Shown piece after piece: positions 53,863 through 56,544 of a DNA stretch of 56,544 nucleotides. The stretch covers positions 1-56,544 of the forward strand of contig JAEUJI010000039.1 in the NCBI GenBank assembly GCA_016794805.1, written 5' to 3'. The stretch comes from Gemmatimonadota bacterium. GTDB taxonomy: Bacteria; Gemmatimonadota; Gemmatimonadetes; Gemmatimonadales; GWC2-71-9. The position numbers and the translations under genes are program-made. Below the pieces are notes generated by a model. It was not told the origin of the DNA. It was given only the letters and a program-made list of their open reading frames with translations, and ran no database searches. Within the stretch, counting starts at the first letter, position 1, and the number at the start of each line of letters is the position of its first letter.

Positions 53863-54206
53863 CAGAACCAGGAGCACTCCCACTTCGTCGCCGGTTCGTA
53901 GCTGCAGTGCACCGGGAGCGGGTTGGTGTAATTGAAGGTGAGCTTGAACGTCGCCCCGAGCCGCTGGTACTCGAAGCTGCTGCCGTTGGAGAGGCGCGGC
54001 AGGCCGCCCAGGTACTCCGGCACCATCTCCTCGAGGCTCATGGGATAGACGCCACGGGCGCTGCGATACCCTTCCATCGTCTGCACGATGGCGTTGCCGG
54101 CCCGCATCCCCGCGGCCGCATTGGGGCCCTGCCCCGGGGTGGGAAGCGGCCCGAAGTAGAACCAGGCTCCCGCGGCAACCGCGGCGAGGAACAGCACCAA
54201 TTTCAT
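53862..54206 (-). CDS. Hypothetical exported/anchored protein (114 aa)
   Basis: Internal ATG with GGGAGG 6 nt upstream. Signal/anchor MKLVLFLAAVAAGAWFYF and a C-terminal Cys pair (HCSYEPATKWEC). I recognise no family. Confidence 0.55.
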   Translation of the reverse strand: MKLVLFLAAVAAGAWFYFGPLPTPGQGPNAAAGMRAGNAIVQTMEGYRSARGVYPMSLEEMVPEYLGGLPRLSNGSSFEYQRLGATFKLTFNYTNPLPVHCSYEPATKWECSWF

Positions 54207-54381
54207 GTCAGCCTCCCGGGATTCGACCAGGGTGAAGGCTACCAGGGAAAGCAAGTCGAATGCCGGGGCGGCCGCCGAGCCCGGCCCGCATCCGTGACGC
54301 CTCCGGCTGACGGGCTATCCCTCGCTCTCGCCGCAGCTTAGGGCAGGCGCCTCCGCTCCGGTCCGGGGCTATCTTGTTTCG

Positions 54382-54834
54382 ATGCGGCTCCGCCTGCCAT
54401 TCCTCCCGCTGTTGCTCCTTGCGGCCTGCACTGGGTCCTCCATGCCACCACCTTTACCCTCCGAAGCCGAGTTCCGCCAGCTGCTCGCGCTGGGAAGCGG
54501 CCGGAACGTCGCGGCTACCAGCGATTCGGCGAGCGACCCCCGGCTGCGCACACGCCTCCTCGCCGGCCCGGTCGCGGAGGCGCGGGCCCGCCTGCTCGAG
54601 GGCGTGAAAGACCTCCCGCGCTGGCACCTCGTGGACTCGAGCGGCCCCGTGGTCTGGCTCACTCGGACGACGCGGGTCTTTCGTTTCGTGGATGACATCC
54701 ATCTCCTGCTCGAGGCGCGCGGGGATTCCGTCGCGGTGCACGCGCGGAGCGCTTCCCGGGTCGGCAAGGGGGACCTGGGGCAGAACCGCCGCAACCTGGC
54801 GGAGCTCTGGGCCGCGATCCCTCCGGGGAGGTGA
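54382..54834 (+). CDS. DUF1499-family lipoprotein
   Basis: Lipobox LPLLLLAAC. The C-terminal block SRVGKGDLGQNRRNLAELW resembles the DUF1499 signature (S-R-x-G-x-x-D-x-G-x-N-R). Confidence 0.7.
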   Translation: MRLRLPFLPLLLLAACTGSSMPPPLPSEAEFRQLLALGSGRNVAATSDSASDPRLRTRLLAGPVAEARARLLEGVKDLPRWHLVDSSGPVVWLTRTTRVFRFVDDIHLLLEARGDSVAVHARSASRVGKGDLGQNRRNLAELWAAIPPGR

Positions 54835-54956
54835 CCGGAGGGCCGCGCTTGCGCGGCACGACGGTATGTCCAACGTTGTGCTGCGCCGCCGTCGGGTCGC
54901 TTGTCGAGATCGGCGATTGTGCATACTCTCACGAGTCCAGATCCCACGGAACCTGC

Positions 54957-56303
54957 ATGTCCGACCTGCTGGCCGCCCGCACCCAGATGGCGCTCTCCCT
55001 CGGCTTCCACATCCTGTTTGCCGTGGTCGGCATCGGGATGCCGCTGCTGATGGTGGCGGCGGAGCGGCGCTGGCTGTCGCGGAAGGACCCGATCGATCTC
55101 GAGCTCGCCAAGCGCTGGTCGAAGGGCACCGCCATCCTGTTCGCGGTGGGCGCGGTCTCCGGCACCGTCCTCTCGTTCGAACTGGGTCTGCTCTGGCCCG
55201 GGTTCATGGAAATGGCTGGCCCGCTCATCGGCATGCCCTTCTCGCTCGAGGGCTTCGCCTTCTTCACCGAGGCCATCTTCCTCGGCATCTACCTCTATGG
55301 CTGGGACCGGATTCCCCCCAGGGCGCACCTCATGGCCGGGGTGCTCGTCGCGCTGAGCGGGGTGCTGTCCGGGATCTTCGTGGTGATCGCCAACGCGTGG
55401 ATGAACACCCCCACCGGCTTCGACCTGGTGGACGGTGTACCGGTCAATATCGACCCGATCCGCGCCTTGCTCAATCCCGCGGCGTTCCAGCAGACGCTGC
55501 ACATGACCCTCGCCGCGTATGCCGCGACCGGATTCGCCGTGGCGGGGATCCACGCCCTCCTCCTGCTGCGCGATCCGCTCAACGCCTTCCACCGCCGGGC
55601 GCTCACGCTCGGCATCCTGATCGGCGCGCCCGCGGCGCTGCTCCAGCCCCTGTCCGGCGATATCAGCGCCCGCAACGTGGCGCAATACCAGCCGGCAAAG
55701 CTCGCGGCTATGGAGGCGTTGTTCGAGACCCAGGCCGGCGCCCCGCTGCTCCTCGGCGGCTGGCCGGACATGGAGACGCGCACGGTGCGCTGGGGGATCG
55801 AAATCCCGTACGGGCTCTCGCTGCTGGCCCACCATGATCCGAAGGCCGTGGTGACCGGGCTGGACCAGATTCCCCGGGACGAGTGGCCCAACGTCCCGAT
55901 CGTCCACCTGGCCTTCCAGGTGATGGTCGGCATCGGCACGGTGATGGCCGCGGTGGCCGCGTGGGCGCTCTGGCTCATGGTCCGGCGTCGTGACCCCGCC
56001 GACCGCCGCCCGCTGCTGATCGCGCTCGCAGCCTGCGCCCCGCTCGGCTTCGTGGCCATCGAGGCCGGCTGGACGGTGACCGAGGTGGGCCGTCAGCCGT
56101 GGATCATCCATGGCGTCCTCCGCACCAGCGAGGCCGTGACCCCGATGCCCGGGCTGGCCTATACGCTGCTGGGCTTCACCCTGCTCTACCTCTTCCTCGG
56201 GGTGGTGGTGGCCTGGCTGCTCTATTCCCAGATCATCCGCAGCCCCAGGCACCAGGAGTGGAACCGGGTCTACACCCCGACCGTGGGGGGCCCCCATGCC
56301 TGA
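54957..56303 (+). CDS. cydA: Cytochrome bd-type quinol oxidase subunit I
   Basis: Internal ATG gives MSDLLAARTQMALSLGFHILFAVVGIGMP. The conserved GWTVTEVGRQPW block is present. 448 aa (short Q-loop type). Confidence 0.95.
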   Translation: MSDLLAARTQMALSLGFHILFAVVGIGMPLLMVAAERRWLSRKDPIDLELAKRWSKGTAILFAVGAVSGTVLSFELGLLWPGFMEMAGPLIGMPFSLEGFAFFTEAIFLGIYLYGWDRIPPRAHLMAGVLVALSGVLSGIFVVIANAWMNTPTGFDLVDGVPVNIDPIRALLNPAAFQQTLHMTLAAYAATGFAVAGIHALLLLRDPLNAFHRRALTLGILIGAPAALLQPLSGDISARNVAQYQPAKLAAMEALFETQAGAPLLLGGWPDMETRTVRWGIEIPYGLSLLAHHDPKAVVTGLDQIPRDEWPNVPIVHLAFQVMVGIGTVMAAVAAWALWLMVRRRDPADRRPLLIALAACAPLGFVAIEAGWTVTEVGRQPWIIHGVLRTSEAVTPMPGLAYTLLGFTLLYLFLGVVVAWLLYSQIIRSPRHQEWNRVYTPTVGGPHA

Positions 56304-56544
56304 CCTGGGCGCCGCGGAACTGCTGGCCGGGGCCATAGTGGTCTCGCTCAACGCCTACGTGCTGCTGGCGGGAGCCGATTTCGGCGGCGGCGTGTGGGAC
56401 CTCCTGGCCGCCGGCCCCCGGCGGGCCCGCCAACGGGAGGTGATTGCCCACGCCATCGGTCCGGTCTGGGAGGCCAACCACGTCTGGCTGATCCTCGTGG
56501 TCGTGCTCCTCTTCACCTGCTTCCCGGCGGTGTTCAGCCGGCTC
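56296..56544 (+). CDS. cydB: Cytochrome bd-type quinol oxidase subunit II, 3' end outside window
   Basis: The ATG at 56296 overlaps the cydA 3' end by 8 nt. The translation MPDLGAAELLAGAIVVSLNAYVLLAGADFGGGVWDLLA.. matches the CydB N-terminus. The frame stays open to the window end, so it is absent from the ORF track. Confidence 0.85.
   Translation, partial: MPDLGAAELLAGAIVVSLNAYVLLAGADFGGGVWDLLAAGPRRARQREVIAHAIGPVWEANHVWLILVVVLLFTCFPAVFSRL

Overview
This is a 56.5-kb, roughly 70% GC, gene-dense chromosomal segment. The protein repertoire includes ADOP-type duplicated FtsX permeases, Big_2/RCC1-repeat lipoproteins, a TolB-propeller/amidohydrolase fusion and a CarboxypepD_reg-TonB receptor. 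That mix suggests a Gemmatimonadota/Acidobacteriota-like bacterium, but this is an untested inference. I call about 46 protein genes and saw no rRNA, tRNA, CRISPR array, transposase, integrase or phage genes.

Gene blocks in order:
1. A partial lipoate ligase, then a 5-gene Dpp/Opp-type peptide ABC importer (583-5996).
2. A small cassette of sigma-54 promoter, 29-codon ORF and terminator, followed by a sensor-less histidine kinase convergent with a sigma-54 enhancer-binding response regulator (6043-8673).
3. A RidA-PhzF pair.
4. Two tandem Big_2+RCC1 propeller lipoproteins.
5. A plus-strand island of secreted peptidases and an amidohydrolase (14071-21975).
6. A third RCC1 lipoprotein, a Tat metallophosphoesterase and a membrane-anchored sulfotransferase.
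7. A minus-strand block of membrane protein, winged-helix regulator, uppS and a polytopic membrane protein. It carries a repeated AT-rich palindromic motif at two places.
8. A 19-kb single-strand array (29120-48295): MacA-like adaptor, two ABC ATPases, three tandem ADOP permeases, a secreted DUF4350-like protein, an NtrC-type two-component pair and a giant (about 1770 aa) Ig-like lipoprotein ending in four ~230-aa repeats.
9. Twin propeller-like lipoproteins plus a TonB-dependent-type outer-membrane protein.
10. Two small envelope proteins, a DUF1499 lipoprotein and cydAB (cydB truncated by the window end).

The best candidates for something undescribed are the 19-kb envelope array with its giant repeat protein, the sigma-54 micro-ORF cassette and the repeated operator-like motif around uppS.

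Limits: all family calls come from motif recognition by eye and no database search was run. Start codons were chosen by codon arithmetic on the supplied ORF track and several are uncertain.
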